A stretch of 64,000 nucleotides of DNA, taken from assembly GCA_024233545.1 (NCBI GenBank), contig JACKPL010000004.1:83487-147486 (forward strand), in the 5' to 3' direction. The notes beneath the pieces are model-generated. The model was given only the letters and a program-made list of their open reading frames with translations, was not told the origin of the DNA and ran no database searches. Shown in pieces: positions 28,322 through 38,342 of this stretch. Within the stretch, counting starts at the first letter, position 1; every line of letters starts with the position of its first letter. Source of the DNA: a bacterium. Its GTDB lineage: Bacteria > Auribacterota > Auribacteria > Auribacterales > Auribacteraceae. A program made the position numbers and the translations under genes.

Positions 28322-29281
28322 TTAATCGAGATTAAGTTCTGTAATAACTTTACGGATGCCTTCTGCAGACCGGCGGAGTGCGCTCACTTCAGTTTCATCA
28401 AGTGGGAGTTCAATTTGGCGTAATGCTCCCTCGCTCCCCACAATAGTCGGAACGCTTAGGCAGACGTCATTGATACCGTACATGCCGGTAAAATATGAAC
28501 TGATTGGCAATACACTCATTTCATTGCGCAATATAGCTTCGATTATGCGTAATACCCCTAACGCCACTGCATAATAGGTTGCTCCCTTGCGATTGATAAT
28601 TTCGTATGCGGCATTCTTAACGTTTTTGAATATGGATTCCCGTATTTCTTTTGTATACGGGCGAAACCGTTGTTTGCAGAACGATTCCAGAGGGGTTGAC
28701 GCAATGCTGACCCTGCTCCAAACCGGTACTTCCGTATCACCGTGCTCTCCGATAATAAAAGCATGCACATTGCGCGTATCGACTTTGCAATGGTCACTGA
28801 GCAAATATCTAAAACGAGCGGTATCGAGTACCGTTCCTGAACCGATAACTTGATTCTGCCTTAGATGCGATACTTTCAGGGTAACATAGGTAAGAATATC
28901 TACAGGATTGGTAACTACTAATATTATTGCATCTTTTTCGACGTCTACAATTTGAGGAATAATTTGTTTAAAAATATCGGTGTTTTTATGAACAAGGTCT
29001 ATTCGTGTCTCCCCTGGTTTTTGATTCGCTCCGGCGGCAATGATAATAATATCGGCATTCTTGCAGTCGTCATAGGTGCCGACTTTTATATTGACCGGAT
29101 CCGTAAAAGCGATGCCATGGTTCAAATCCATCATTTCGCCTTCTGCTTTATCTTTGTTATAATCAATCAAAACGATTTCACTCGCTCGCCCCGACACCAT
29201 TAAAGCAAATGCTATCGTAGAACCGACAAACCCTGTCCCTACAATGACCACCTTGTTTGTAACAACTTCTATTTTTTTCAT
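28322..29281 (-). CDS. ldh: L-lactate dehydrogenase
   Basis: ..VVIVGTGFVGSTIAFAL..IVLIDYNKDKAEGEMMDLNHG.., ..GEHGDTEVPVWS... ATG at 29281 with GAGG upstream. Confidence 0.9.
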   Translation of the reverse strand: MKKIEVVTNKVVIVGTGFVGSTIAFALMVSGRASEIVLIDYNKDKAEGEMMDLNHGIAFTDPVNIKVGTYDDCKNADIIIIAAGANQKPGETRIDLVHKNTDIFKQIIPQIVDVEKDAIILVVTNPVDILTYVTLKVSHLRQNQVIGSGTVLDTARFRYLLSDHCKVDTRNVHAFIIGEHGDTEVPVWSRVSIASTPLESFCKQRFRPYTKEIRESIFKNVKNAAYEIINRKGATYYAVALGVLRIIEAILRNEMSVLPISSYFTGMYGINDVCLSVPTIVGSEGALRQIELPLDETEVSALRRSAEGIRKVITELNLD

Positions 29282-29402
29282 GAACAACCTCTTCTTGTTG
29301 TGATGTTGTAAGTTATTATGAATAAATTTTCACCGGTTATCAACGGAATTTTATTGAAAATCAGCGCGATGCATTATTAAGTGTTTTTTAAGCATATGAT
29401 TA

Positions 29403-29431
29403 TTGACGGCTACAAAAATTTCTGATAGTAT
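29403..29431 (+). promoter_or_regulatory. sigma70-like promoter for ileS
   Basis: TTGACG, 17 nt, TAGTAT. Confidence 0.4.
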
Positions 29432-29478
29432 CTGTCGTCTCAATAAAGCAAAATTTTTTTAAGTGGTAAGTAAACAGA

Positions 29479-32301
29479 ATGTCTCAAAATATAAACCACG
29501 ATTACAAAAAAACTCTTAATTTACCTCAAACAGATTTTCCTATGAAAGCTGACCTTGCTCAGAAAGAGCCGGCTATTCTACGTCAATGGTTTGAATCGGA
29601 CATTCATAAAAAAATTCAAGAAAAAAGAAAAAATGCATCCGCATTCATTCTGCATGACGGTCCACCTTATGCCAACGGCAATATCCACATCGGTCATGCG
29701 CTCAATAAGATATTGAAAGACATAATTATAAAATATAAAACTATGCAAGGTTTCAGTGCTCCCTACATTCCCGGCTGGGATTGCCATGGGTTGCCTGTCG
29801 AACACCAATTATTCAAAGAACTTGGCATAACCAAACATGAGATTAACCAAGTGGTATTCAGGAAAAAAGCGCGCAAATACGCCGCCAAATATGTAAAAAT
29901 TCAATGTGAAGAATTTAAACGGCTCGGAATATTCGGAGAATGGGATAACCCGTACTTGACCATGTCAAACGAATACGAAGCGGAAATTGCTCGGCTGTTT
30001 GGTGAACTTTATCTTAAAGGATATATTTATCAAGGTTCAAAACCAATCTATTGGTCATGGGCATGCGAAACAGCACTCGCAGAAGCAGAAGTAGAATATG
30101 CGCCGCATACAAGCCCTTCAATTTACGTTAAGTTCCCTGTCATTAAGGATCCATCCGGATTTACCGCCGGTTATGCCAACACTTCCATAGTCATTTGGAC
30201 AACGACTCCATGGACGTTACCTTCAAATTTGGCAATTGCGGTAAAAGAAGAGTTTATATATTCCCTTATCGAAACAGAAAAAGGATTCTTTATTGTTGCA
30301 CAAGATTTAATCACGGATTTCTGTCAAAAAATCGGCGCAGTATCGTATAAAGAACAGCGTACCGCTAAAGGTGCGGAATTGGACGAATTGGTTACGAAGC
30401 ACCCATTTGTCAACCGTCATTCCCCTGTTGTTCTCGGGCATCACGTGACTCTTGAACAAGGCACCGGATGTGTCCACATTGCTCCGGGCCATGGGCAGGA
30501 AGACTACGAAATCGGGCTTAAATATAACCTCGATATTCTTTCACCGGTTGATAACCAAGGGAAATTTTATGATTCCGTTGAACATTTCGGCGGAATGTTT
30601 GTGTTTGATGCAAACAAACACATCATATCGTTATTGTCAGATACCGGATTTCTTTTATTCCATGAAGATATAACCCATTCATACCCTCACTGCTGGCGCA
30701 GTCATACACCGATAATATTTCGTGCTACCGCTCAATGGTTTATAAACGTAGATGCTTTAAATATGCGTGCCAATGCGTTGGAAAGCGTTAAGACAACCCG
30801 CTGGATTCCGGAAGTCGGAGAAAAACGAATTACCAGCATGCTCGAAAACCGTCCGGACTGGTGCTTATCACGCCAGCGGTTATGGGGTGTTCCTATACCT
30901 GTAATAAAATGCGAATCATGCGGCAAGCATATTATGACTGCAGATACTTTGAAAAAAATTACCGGCATATTTTTGAAAGAATCTTCTGACGCATGGTTTT
31001 CTTATTCTGTTGAACAACTGCTCGGGTCGTCGTTTGCGTGCCCTCACTGCTCGGCTTCAGGTAATTTCACTAAAGAAGAAGATATTATTGATGTGTGGTT
31101 TGACTCAGGCGTCAGCCATCAAGCTGTATTAAAACTGCGAGACAACGTATCTTACCCAGCGGATTTGTATCTTGAAGGAAGCGACCAGCATCGAGGATGG
31201 TTTCAGTCTTCCCTTCTTACCGCAATAGGCATCACCGGAACGGCGCCGTTCAAAACCGTTTTAACCCATGGGTTTGTGGTTGATGTAAAAGGCTATAAAA
31301 TGTCAAAGTCTGCCGGAAATATTGTCTCTCCTCAAGATATAATCAAACAATATGGCGCAGATATATTGCGTTTATGGGTAGCTTCAGTCGATTATTCAGG
31401 AGACGTGCGCATATCCGATACAATATTATCTCAATTATCCGATTCTTACCGGCGCATTCGCAATACGTTTAAATTCATCCTCGGCAACATTGCTGATTTT
31501 ACTCCGGAGAAACATACAGTGCCGTATGAATCTCTCGATGAACTTGATAGATGGATAGTGAGCCGTTTACATTCATTGGGCGTACAGGTTAATGAATATT
31601 ACGAAAGTTTCCAATTTTACAAAATTTTTCAAGCAATCCATAACTTTTGTGTCATTGAATTAAGTTCATTTTACCTTGATGTTTTAAAAGACAGGATGTA
31701 TATATCACATACTGATGATCCGCTTCGCCGTTCCTCTCAAACCGCGATGAACCAGATTCTTGAAACGTTGATGCTCCTGCTTGCGCCCATACTTCCTTTC
31801 ACTACTGAAGAAGTAATGCAGTATTATCGAAAAAGCAACAATCGGTTTCCATACGATAGTGTACATTTATCCGACTGGCCATGCTTTACCGCAACTGCTA
31901 TCAATAAGCCTCTTGAAGACAAATGGGACAGGATTTTAACATCACGTATTGAAGTACAGAAAATTTTAGAACTTTATCGAAAAGATAAAACTATCGGTTC
32001 TTCCCTAGAAGCAAAAGTTGTGTTATATACATCATCCGCAGAATGGTATGATTTTTTACTAAAACTCGAACCGCAACTTCCGTTTTTATATATTGTTTCT
32101 AGCGTATCAGTGAGTAATGTAAAATTTTCTGATATTACTTATCATGAATCGGATAAAATACACGGGCTGTTTATTGGAGTTACCCCAGCAGAAGGACAGA
32201 AATGCTCTCGGTGCTGGAACTATAAAAAGGATACCGATACATACAGCGAGTATCCTAATATATGCGGCAGATGCGTTAATGCGATAAAAGGACTTTTTTA
32301 A
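29479..32301 (+). CDS. ileS: isoleucyl-tRNA synthetase
   Basis: 940 aa. HIGH-type PYANGNIHIGHALN, KMSKS, a CP1 editing insertion, and a C-terminal Cys-cluster ..CSRCWNY..CGRC.. Confidence 0.95.
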   Translation: MSQNINHDYKKTLNLPQTDFPMKADLAQKEPAILRQWFESDIHKKIQEKRKNASAFILHDGPPYANGNIHIGHALNKILKDIIIKYKTMQGFSAPYIPGWDCHGLPVEHQLFKELGITKHEINQVVFRKKARKYAAKYVKIQCEEFKRLGIFGEWDNPYLTMSNEYEAEIARLFGELYLKGYIYQGSKPIYWSWACETALAEAEVEYAPHTSPSIYVKFPVIKDPSGFTAGYANTSIVIWTTTPWTLPSNLAIAVKEEFIYSLIETEKGFFIVAQDLITDFCQKIGAVSYKEQRTAKGAELDELVTKHPFVNRHSPVVLGHHVTLEQGTGCVHIAPGHGQEDYEIGLKYNLDILSPVDNQGKFYDSVEHFGGMFVFDANKHIISLLSDTGFLLFHEDITHSYPHCWRSHTPIIFRATAQWFINVDALNMRANALESVKTTRWIPEVGEKRITSMLENRPDWCLSRQRLWGVPIPVIKCESCGKHIMTADTLKKITGIFLKESSDAWFSYSVEQLLGSSFACPHCSASGNFTKEEDIIDVWFDSGVSHQAVLKLRDNVSYPADLYLEGSDQHRGWFQSSLLTAIGITGTAPFKTVLTHGFVVDVKGYKMSKSAGNIVSPQDIIKQYGADILRLWVASVDYSGDVRISDTILSQLSDSYRRIRNTFKFILGNIADFTPEKHTVPYESLDELDRWIVSRLHSLGVQVNEYYESFQFYKIFQAIHNFCVIELSSFYLDVLKDRMYISHTDDPLRRSSQTAMNQILETLMLLLAPILPFTTEEVMQYYRKSNNRFPYDSVHLSDWPCFTATAINKPLEDKWDRILTSRIEVQKILELYRKDKTIGSSLEAKVVLYTSSAEWYDFLLKLEPQLPFLYIVSSVSVSNVKFSDITYHESDKIHGLFIGVTPAEGQKCSRCWNYKKDTDTYSEYPNICGRCVNAIKGLF

Positions 32302-32316
32302 GGAGGTAAAACATAG

Positions 32317-32697
32317 ATGACCCCCCAACAATTAGAATATTTTCAACAAAAACTTGTCTCTCTCAAGGAACGAATAGTCGGCGATATATCTCACCTTGAA
32401 GAAAGTGCTTTGGGCAATTCGCAAAGAGAAGCCACTGGTGATTTATCCGGTTATTCATTGCACATGGCCGATCAAGGAACAGATAATTACGACCGCGAGT
32501 TCACTTTTGATCTCGTAAGCAATGAGCGGAACCTGCTTAAAGAAATCGATGCGGCGCTCGAGCGAATCGACAATGGTACTTATGGCGTATGTGAAGTATC
32601 CGGTGAAGAAATTTCGGTAAGCCGTCTTGAAGCGATCCCCTATACCCGTATATCAATCAAAGTCGCTCAAGAACAGGAACGCCGGAGACGCCGGTAA
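32317..32697 (+). CDS. DksA/TraR-family protein with a degenerate zinc finger (YlyA-like position)
   Basis: Coiled-coil N-terminus, ..MADQGTDNYDREF.., then ..GTYGVCEVSGEEISVSRLEAIPYTRISIKV.. where only the first of the four canonical Cys is present. Confidence 0.7.
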   Translation: MTPQQLEYFQQKLVSLKERIVGDISHLEESALGNSQREATGDLSGYSLHMADQGTDNYDREFTFDLVSNERNLLKEIDAALERIDNGTYGVCEVSGEEISVSRLEAIPYTRISIKVAQEQERRRRR

Positions 32698-33156
32698 ATG
32701 ATTCTGGTTTTAGTTGCCTGTATCATTATTGGTTTAGACCAAATCACGAAATATACTGTATCCAATGTTTTATCGGTCGGCGAGTCTGTTCCGGTGATTT
32801 CGGGTTTTTTTAATATTACCCTCATACATAATCCCGGCGCGGCTTTCGGTTTATTTCCAAATAGGCATGTTTTTTTCTTAGTTTTTTCCTGTATTACATT
32901 CATTTTAATAACCAAACTTTATTTTCAATATGCCCGATCCAATACGTTTTTAAAGGTTATATTCGGTTTGATTGTCGGCGGCGCATGCGGTAATTTGATA
33001 GACAGGGTTCTTCTAAAATACGTTATCGACTTTCTGGATTTTTATATCCTGCAGTATCATTGGCCTGCGTTTAATGTTGCAGACAGCGCTATTTGTGTCG
33101 GCGTAAGTTTATTCTGCCTGTTTTTTTTCAGGTATAAGCCACAACACTCCGGCTAA
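32698..33156 (+). CDS. lspA: lipoprotein signal peptidase II
   Basis: ..NPGAAFG.., ..GGACGNLIDR.., ..PAFNVADSAICVG.. Confidence 0.9.
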   Translation: MILVLVACIIIGLDQITKYTVSNVLSVGESVPVISGFFNITLIHNPGAAFGLFPNRHVFFLVFSCITFILITKLYFQYARSNTFLKVIFGLIVGGACGNLIDRVLLKYVIDFLDFYILQYHWPAFNVADSAICVGVSLFCLFFFRYKPQHSG

Positions 33157-33158
33157 CT

Positions 33159-34022
33159 ATGTATTACCGTTTGTTCCATTTTGGCGTTATATCCGTTTAT
33201 TCATATGGTATGATGGTTGTTATAGGCTTGATTCTTGGCATAACGTTGGCATATCGGCGCGCACAACAATTTGGTGAGAACCCGAAGAATATTCTTGACC
33301 TATCGCTATGTTTGATGGTTTCCGCTCTTATTGGAGCCCGCATTGTGTATGTTCTATTACATTGGCAATATTTTAAAAATCACCTGATTCATATTTTTCT
33401 TATAAATCAAGGCGGATTAGTTTTTTATGGAGCTAGTATTGCCGGTATAATTACCGCTCTCTTTTTTTTAAAAATCAAACAGCTTAATATCGGAAATTAT
33501 TTTGATATCTGTGCACCTTCCGTTGCACTTGGACAAGCATTTGGGCGTATTGGATGTTTTCTCAATGGGTGCTGTTTCGGTAAAATTATTTCTTGTCCGC
33601 AGATGCAATGGATTGGGGTTAGGTTTCCAGCCGTCATTGAAAAAATGCCGTCAGGTTTCCCCTCAGAGATTATCGGTTCTCCTGCCTATTTACACCATTT
33701 AAACAAAGGGTTAATTGAACATTCTGCTTTGCATTCGTTAGCAGTATATCCGACACAGCTTTTTTCTGTTTTTTTTAACCTATTCATTTTTTTTAGTATC
33801 GTTTTTTTATTAAAAAAACGTATTTTTCATGGCCAAATATGGTTATTTTATGTTTTTTTATATGGTATTTCGCGTTTTTTTATAGAATTCCTGCGTGATG
33901 ATACTCCCCGATACTCAGCTATTTGTTTTACTTTTTCACAATATATATCGCTTGGGTTTATAGCATGTGCTATTATTATTTACATATACCTTTACAACCG
34001 ATATCGCCGATTTGCCCAATGA
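33159..34022 (+). CDS. lgt: prolipoprotein diacylglyceryl transferase
   Basis: ..YGMMVVIGL.., ..GARI.., ..GQAFGRIGCFLNGCCFG.., ..YPTQL.. Confidence 0.9.
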   Translation: MYYRLFHFGVISVYSYGMMVVIGLILGITLAYRRAQQFGENPKNILDLSLCLMVSALIGARIVYVLLHWQYFKNHLIHIFLINQGGLVFYGASIAGIITALFFLKIKQLNIGNYFDICAPSVALGQAFGRIGCFLNGCCFGKIISCPQMQWIGVRFPAVIEKMPSGFPSEIIGSPAYLHHLNKGLIEHSALHSLAVYPTQLFSVFFNLFIFFSIVFLLKKRIFHGQIWLFYVFLYGISRFFIEFLRDDTPRYSAICFTFSQYISLGFIACAIIIYIYLYNRYRRFAQ

Positions 34023-34957
34023 AAAAAAAATATACTTTAGTCGTATCAGAAAAAAGCAATGAAAGAATTGATGTGTTTGTCACACGCTCTCTTAAAGATA
34101 TAAGCCGCAGTATGGCGCAACATCTCATACGTGACGGAAATATCAAGGTAAATGACGCACCCATCAAACCCGGGTACCACATTAAGCATGACGATATTGT
34201 TACCATAACAGTGCCTGCGCCTGTCCCGATAGATATTGCTCCTGAAGATATTGCGATTGACGTGCTGTATGAAGACACCGACATTATTGCAGTTAATAAA
34301 CCTGCCGGAATGGTTGTCCATCCTGCCGCCGGCCATATATCTGGAACACTTGTCAATGCACTCCTGCATCATTGTACCGACCTGTCAGCAATAAATGGCG
34401 TATTGCGGCCGGGTATAGTGCATCGGCTGGACAAAGACACCAGCGGCGTAATCATTGCCGCTAAAAACGATATTGCGCATCAGAAGCTGGCACACCAGTT
34501 TGCAAAACGAAAAACAGTTAAAGAATACCGTGCATTAGTATACGGGCACATTCGCGCCGGTTTAAACAAACACATCGATGCGCCTATCGGAAGGCATCCT
34601 ACTAACCGCAAAAAAATGGCTGTTACTACTCTCGAGCATGGCAAATCGGCAGAAACTACTTTCTCAATACTCGCATTATGGGAAGACATGTCTTATCTTT
34701 CCGTACGCCTCTTAACCGGACGGACACATCAAATCCGCGTTCATCTCGCACACATCGGATATCCGATTATCGGCGATGATACCTACGGAGGCAAAAAGCG
34801 AAGCGCACTGCCGGCTGATTTTAACGTAACACGCCAATTGCTCCATGCATATCATCTGAGAATTGCTCATCCGATAACTATGGCATCGATGGATTTTTAT
34901 GCTCCAATACCTGAAGATATGCATCGTATACTTCAAATCAAAGGATATAAAGGATGA
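34019..34957 (+). CDS. rluD: 23S rRNA pseudouridine synthase, RluD family
   Basis: S4 domain (..RIDVFV..SRSMAQHLIRDGNIKVN..), ..HRLDKDTSGVIIAAK.., ..GRTHQIRVHLAHIGYPIIGD... ATGA overlap with lgt. Confidence 0.9.
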   Translation: MKKKYTLVVSEKSNERIDVFVTRSLKDISRSMAQHLIRDGNIKVNDAPIKPGYHIKHDDIVTITVPAPVPIDIAPEDIAIDVLYEDTDIIAVNKPAGMVVHPAAGHISGTLVNALLHHCTDLSAINGVLRPGIVHRLDKDTSGVIIAAKNDIAHQKLAHQFAKRKTVKEYRALVYGHIRAGLNKHIDAPIGRHPTNRKKMAVTTLEHGKSAETTFSILALWEDMSYLSVRLLTGRTHQIRVHLAHIGYPIIGDDTYGGKKRSALPADFNVTRQLLHAYHLRIAHPITMASMDFYAPIPEDMHRILQIKGYKG

Positions 34958-35931
34958 CAGATAAAATATATCCGTTAAAATTTGCACCGATTTTTAAAGA
35001 AAAAGTTTGGGGCGGCACACGCCTTAAAGACATTTTAAATAAAGATATCCCTTTTAATACGTTAATTGGAGAAAGTTGGGAACTTACCGACAGAGCCCAC
35101 GACGTATCAATAATAAGTAATGGTTATTTTGCAGGGAAATCTCTCCGCGTACCGATGTACGAACTCGGAAACGCCCTTCTTGGTACTCGGAGAACATGCG
35201 ATGCATGGGGGCGATTCCCGTTATTGGTCAAATTCCTTGATGCATCGGAAAAATTATCCGTTCAAGTTCATCCTAACGATAAACAAGCTCAGCAGTTTGA
35301 AGAAGACGACCCGGGCAAAACAGAAATGTGGTATGTGCTGTATGCAGAACCACATGCAAAAATTATTTATGGATGCGACAAAAAATTAGCTGATTTATAT
35401 ACCCACAACAATATAGATTTTTCCATTGAACCGCTTTTGCACTCGTATACCATTCAGGCTGGAGATTTTATATTCGTGCCCGCCGGACAAATACATACAA
35501 TGTATGGAGGATGTGTTATCCTTGAAATACAACAAAACTCTGATGTAACATACCGCATATATGATTGGGGTAGAGTCGGTTTAGATGGGCTCCCTCGACC
35601 GTTGCATTTCGCTAAAAGCCTTCAGTGCATTGATTATGAAAAGCCGAAAAACCATATTCAACATCTTGCACACATAACAGAGGCTTCAGTAAAACTTATC
35701 AATTGTCCATATTTCAAGGCTCATTACGTTTCAACCTCAAAATATTTTACTGATGAATGCTCAGGAGAAATGTTTAAAATTATTGCTCCCGTATATGGAG
35801 CAGGATCAATTCTATTCGATAAAACAAAAAGCATATCATTTCGCCTCGGTGATATTATTTTGTTGCCTGCCGCATTAGGGAACTATACAATTATACCTGA
35901 CAGTACAATTCGTTTCTTACTTATTTCATAA
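34954..35931 (+). CDS. manA: class I mannose-6-phosphate isomerase (Bacillus type)
   Basis: ..KEKVWGG..GESWE.., ..LSVQVHPND.., ..KTEMWYVL.., ..PAGQIHT.. Confidence 0.75.
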   Translation: MTDKIYPLKFAPIFKEKVWGGTRLKDILNKDIPFNTLIGESWELTDRAHDVSIISNGYFAGKSLRVPMYELGNALLGTRRTCDAWGRFPLLVKFLDASEKLSVQVHPNDKQAQQFEEDDPGKTEMWYVLYAEPHAKIIYGCDKKLADLYTHNNIDFSIEPLLHSYTIQAGDFIFVPAGQIHTMYGGCVILEIQQNSDVTYRIYDWGRVGLDGLPRPLHFAKSLQCIDYEKPKNHIQHLAHITEASVKLINCPYFKAHYVSTSKYFTDECSGEMFKIIAPVYGAGSILFDKTKSISFRLGDIILLPAALGNYTIIPDSTIRFLLIS

Positions 35932-36007
35932 TATATGCGAAAAACATTTGATTATATAAATAATCGAGAGTATTATTTCATTTTAATCGAATAAACAGTA
36001 ATCTATC

Positions 36008-36037
36008 TTGACTTATTATTATGCTTTAAAGTATAAT
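36008..36037 (+). promoter_or_regulatory. strong sigma70-like promoter for the riboflavin operon
   Basis: TTGACT, 18 nt, TATAAT, about 55 nt upstream of ribBA. Confidence 0.5.
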
Positions 36038-36091
36038 CGGTGACTTTATTTTTGGTGAATAACGCAATCACATCAACAAGGAAATCACAGA

Positions 36092-37297
36092 ATGAGCTTT
36101 GATACAGTAGAAGAAGTATTAGAGGACATACGAAACGGGAAAATGGTTATCGTTACCGATGACGATAGCCGGGAAAACGAAGGCGATTTAATAGCCGCCG
36201 CATCTCTGATAACCCCCGAAGGCATTAATTTCATGATAACCCATGCCCGCGGCTTAGTTTGTGTACCTATGATTGCTGAACGATTAGAGGACCTGGGGCT
36301 TAAACCAATGGTACCCAAATATATCAGCACCACTAAAGACACTGCTTTTAGCGTTTCCGTAGATGCGCGCGAAGAAATATCTACCGGCATTTCTGCACAT
36401 GATAGGGCACGGACAATTCAATTGCTGGTTGACCCTTCCGCGTCTTCAAAAGATTTTGTTATGCCGGGGCACATCTTTCCGCTCCGTGCTACAGAGGGCG
36501 GTGTTTTGCGCAGGGCTGGACACACCGAAGCGGCAGTAGACCTTGTCAAAATGGCCGGATTGTATCCCGCAGGTGTTATCTGTGAAATCACCAATCCTGA
36601 CGGTTCTATGGCCCGTGTTCCAGAATTGCTTGAATTTAAAAAGAAACATAATTTGAAGCTTTGTTCTATTGCCCAGCTTATTGAATATCGTTGTACTCAC
36701 GAAAAACTCATCAGCCGCGTTGCAGTTTCGAAATTACCGACCAAATATGGAATTTTTACTCTTTACGCGTATTATTCCGAATTAGAAAAAAAAGAACACC
36801 TTGCTCTCGTAATGGGAGATGTTGAAAGCGAAGACACCACCATCGTCCGCATTCATTCAGAATGTTTGACCGGCGATGTGCTTGGTTCCTTGCGTTGCGA
36901 TTGCGGTTCGCAACTGCATGACTCACTGCATACTATTGCTTCTCATGGCAAAGGAGTACTCCTCTATATGCGCCAAGAAGGGCGCGGCATAGGATTGCTG
37001 AATAAACTCAAAGCATACGAATTGCAAGATAAAGGGCTTGATACTGTTGAAGCCAACAATGAACTCGGTTTCAAAGACGATATGCGCAATTACAGTATCA
37101 GCGCGCAAATTTTAAAAGACCTCAATATTAAGAACGTTATGCTCTTAACCAATAACCCGCGTAAAGTAAGCGGATTGCAAAAATATGGAATAAACGTCGT
37201 TGATAGGATGAAAATCACCTCTCAACCGACAGAATATAATAAAAAATACCTTGAAGCAAAACGCGACAAACTCGGACATATGTTTCAGGTTATATAA
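36092..37297 (+). CDS. ribBA: bifunctional 3,4-dihydroxy-2-butanone-4-phosphate synthase / GTP cyclohydrolase II
   Basis: ..VTDDDSRENEGDLI.. (RibB) and ..RIHSECLTGDVLGSLRCDCGSQL.. (RibA). Confidence 0.95.
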   Translation: MSFDTVEEVLEDIRNGKMVIVTDDDSRENEGDLIAAASLITPEGINFMITHARGLVCVPMIAERLEDLGLKPMVPKYISTTKDTAFSVSVDAREEISTGISAHDRARTIQLLVDPSASSKDFVMPGHIFPLRATEGGVLRRAGHTEAAVDLVKMAGLYPAGVICEITNPDGSMARVPELLEFKKKHNLKLCSIAQLIEYRCTHEKLISRVAVSKLPTKYGIFTLYAYYSELEKKEHLALVMGDVESEDTTIVRIHSECLTGDVLGSLRCDCGSQLHDSLHTIASHGKGVLLYMRQEGRGIGLLNKLKAYELQDKGLDTVEANNELGFKDDMRNYSISAQILKDLNIKNVMLLTNNPRKVSGLQKYGINVVDRMKITSQPTEYNKKYLEAKRDKLGHMFQVI

Positions 37298-37327
37298 GAA
37301 TGTTCTTTGTATAAGGAGTGGCCGCTG

Positions 37328-37792
37328 ATGAGAGTCATCGAGGGAAGCCTTCTGTCAGAAAATAAAACATATGCTGTAATTGTTAGCCGTTTTAACAGTT
37401 TTATAACCACACAATTGCTTGAAGGCGCACTTGATACTTTTAAACGGCATATGGTTAAAGATGCCGACATTACGCTTTTTTATGTGCCGGGTTCGTTTGA
37501 AATACCAGTCACGGCAAAAAAAATCGCTCAAACAAAAAAGTTTGATGCTATTGTATGTTTGGGGGCGTTAATTCGCGGTAACACGCCGCATTTCGATTAT
37601 ATCAGTTCATGTGTATCCAGCGGGATTGGCCAGATAGCACTTGAGTATTCAATACCTATTATTTTCGGCGTTTTGACAGTTAATACTATCGAACAAGCTA
37701 TTGAACGTGCTGGCACAAAAGCCGGAAATAAAGGCGCAGAAGCGGCACAATGCGCGATTGAAATGGCCTCACTCTTCTCCCATGAGTTTTAA
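37328..37792 (+). CDS. ribH: 6,7-dimethyl-8-ribityllumazine synthase
   Basis: ..[18 protein letters not shown].., ..VPGSFEIP.., ..[14 protein letters not shown]... AAGGAG upstream of MRVIEG. Confidence 0.9.
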   Translation: MRVIEGSLLSENKTYAVIVSRFNSFITTQLLEGALDTFKRHMVKDADITLFYVPGSFEIPVTAKKIAQTKKFDAIVCLGALIRGNTPHFDYISSCVSSGIGQIALEYSIPIIFGVLTVNTIEQAIERAGTKAGNKGAEAAQCAIEMASLFSHEF

Positions 37793-37795
37793 CTG

Positions 37796-38227
37796 ATGGG
37801 ATCACGACGGCAAAGCAGAGAAATCACCATTCAATATCTCTACGCATGCGATATCCAAAAAGAATTTGCTATCCCCACAAAAAGTTTACTGAATTGGATT
37901 GCATTCCCGTTTCATCCAGATTCACGGCACTTATCTGATGAAAGCTTGGCTTTTGCGGAGCATTTAATCACCGGCATTATCAAAACGTTAAACAATATAG
38001 ATGAATGTATAAAAAAGTATGCCGATAACTGGGAGATTTTCCGTATCGCATATATTGATAGAAATATTTTGCGTATGGCGATATATGAAATTTTATTTCT
38101 TAAAGACATTCCCCCTGTCGTTTCAATAGACGAAGCAGTTGATATTGCAAAAAAATATAGTACGCCTGATTCCGGCAAATTTGTGAACGGCATACTTGAT
38201 AAAATTCAAAAGAACCAAGTCGTTTAA
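37796..38227 (+). CDS. nusB: transcription antitermination factor NusB
   Basis: ..RRQSREITIQYLY.., ..DRNILRMAIYEILF..DIPPVVSIDEAVDIAKKY.. Confidence 0.9.
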   Translation: MGSRRQSREITIQYLYACDIQKEFAIPTKSLLNWIAFPFHPDSRHLSDESLAFAEHLITGIIKTLNNIDECIKKYADNWEIFRIAYIDRNILRMAIYEILFLKDIPPVVSIDEAVDIAKKYSTPDSGKFVNGILDKIQKNQVV

Positions 38228-38342
38228 CTACTCTCTTCAATTTTTAACGCATTACTCATTCTTTGTGCAATTTTCCAATTCAATGTTGAAACTTAACGGA
38301 AATTAGTGTAAAAGTATTTCTTTTATTAAAAAAGGATTTGTG

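Noticed and set aside
29288-29478. T-box or attenuator leaders upstream of ileS, and likewise upstream of thrS (21288-21418) and pheS (18239-18264).
   Set aside because: There is no T-box sequence (..GGTGGTACC..-like) or specifier-loop architecture. The pheS leader is only 26 nt. The ileS leader shows just a promoter.
33923-34018. N-terminal 32-aa extension of the rluD ORF overlapping the end of lgt.
   Set aside because: MKKKYTLVV.. at 34019 forms a standard ATGA overlap with the lgt stop and matches the usual start of the RluD S4 domain.
35932-36091. FMN (RFN) riboswitch upstream of ribBA.
   Set aside because: The leader is AT-rich and lacks the conserved GC-rich RFN helices. Only a promoter is evident.
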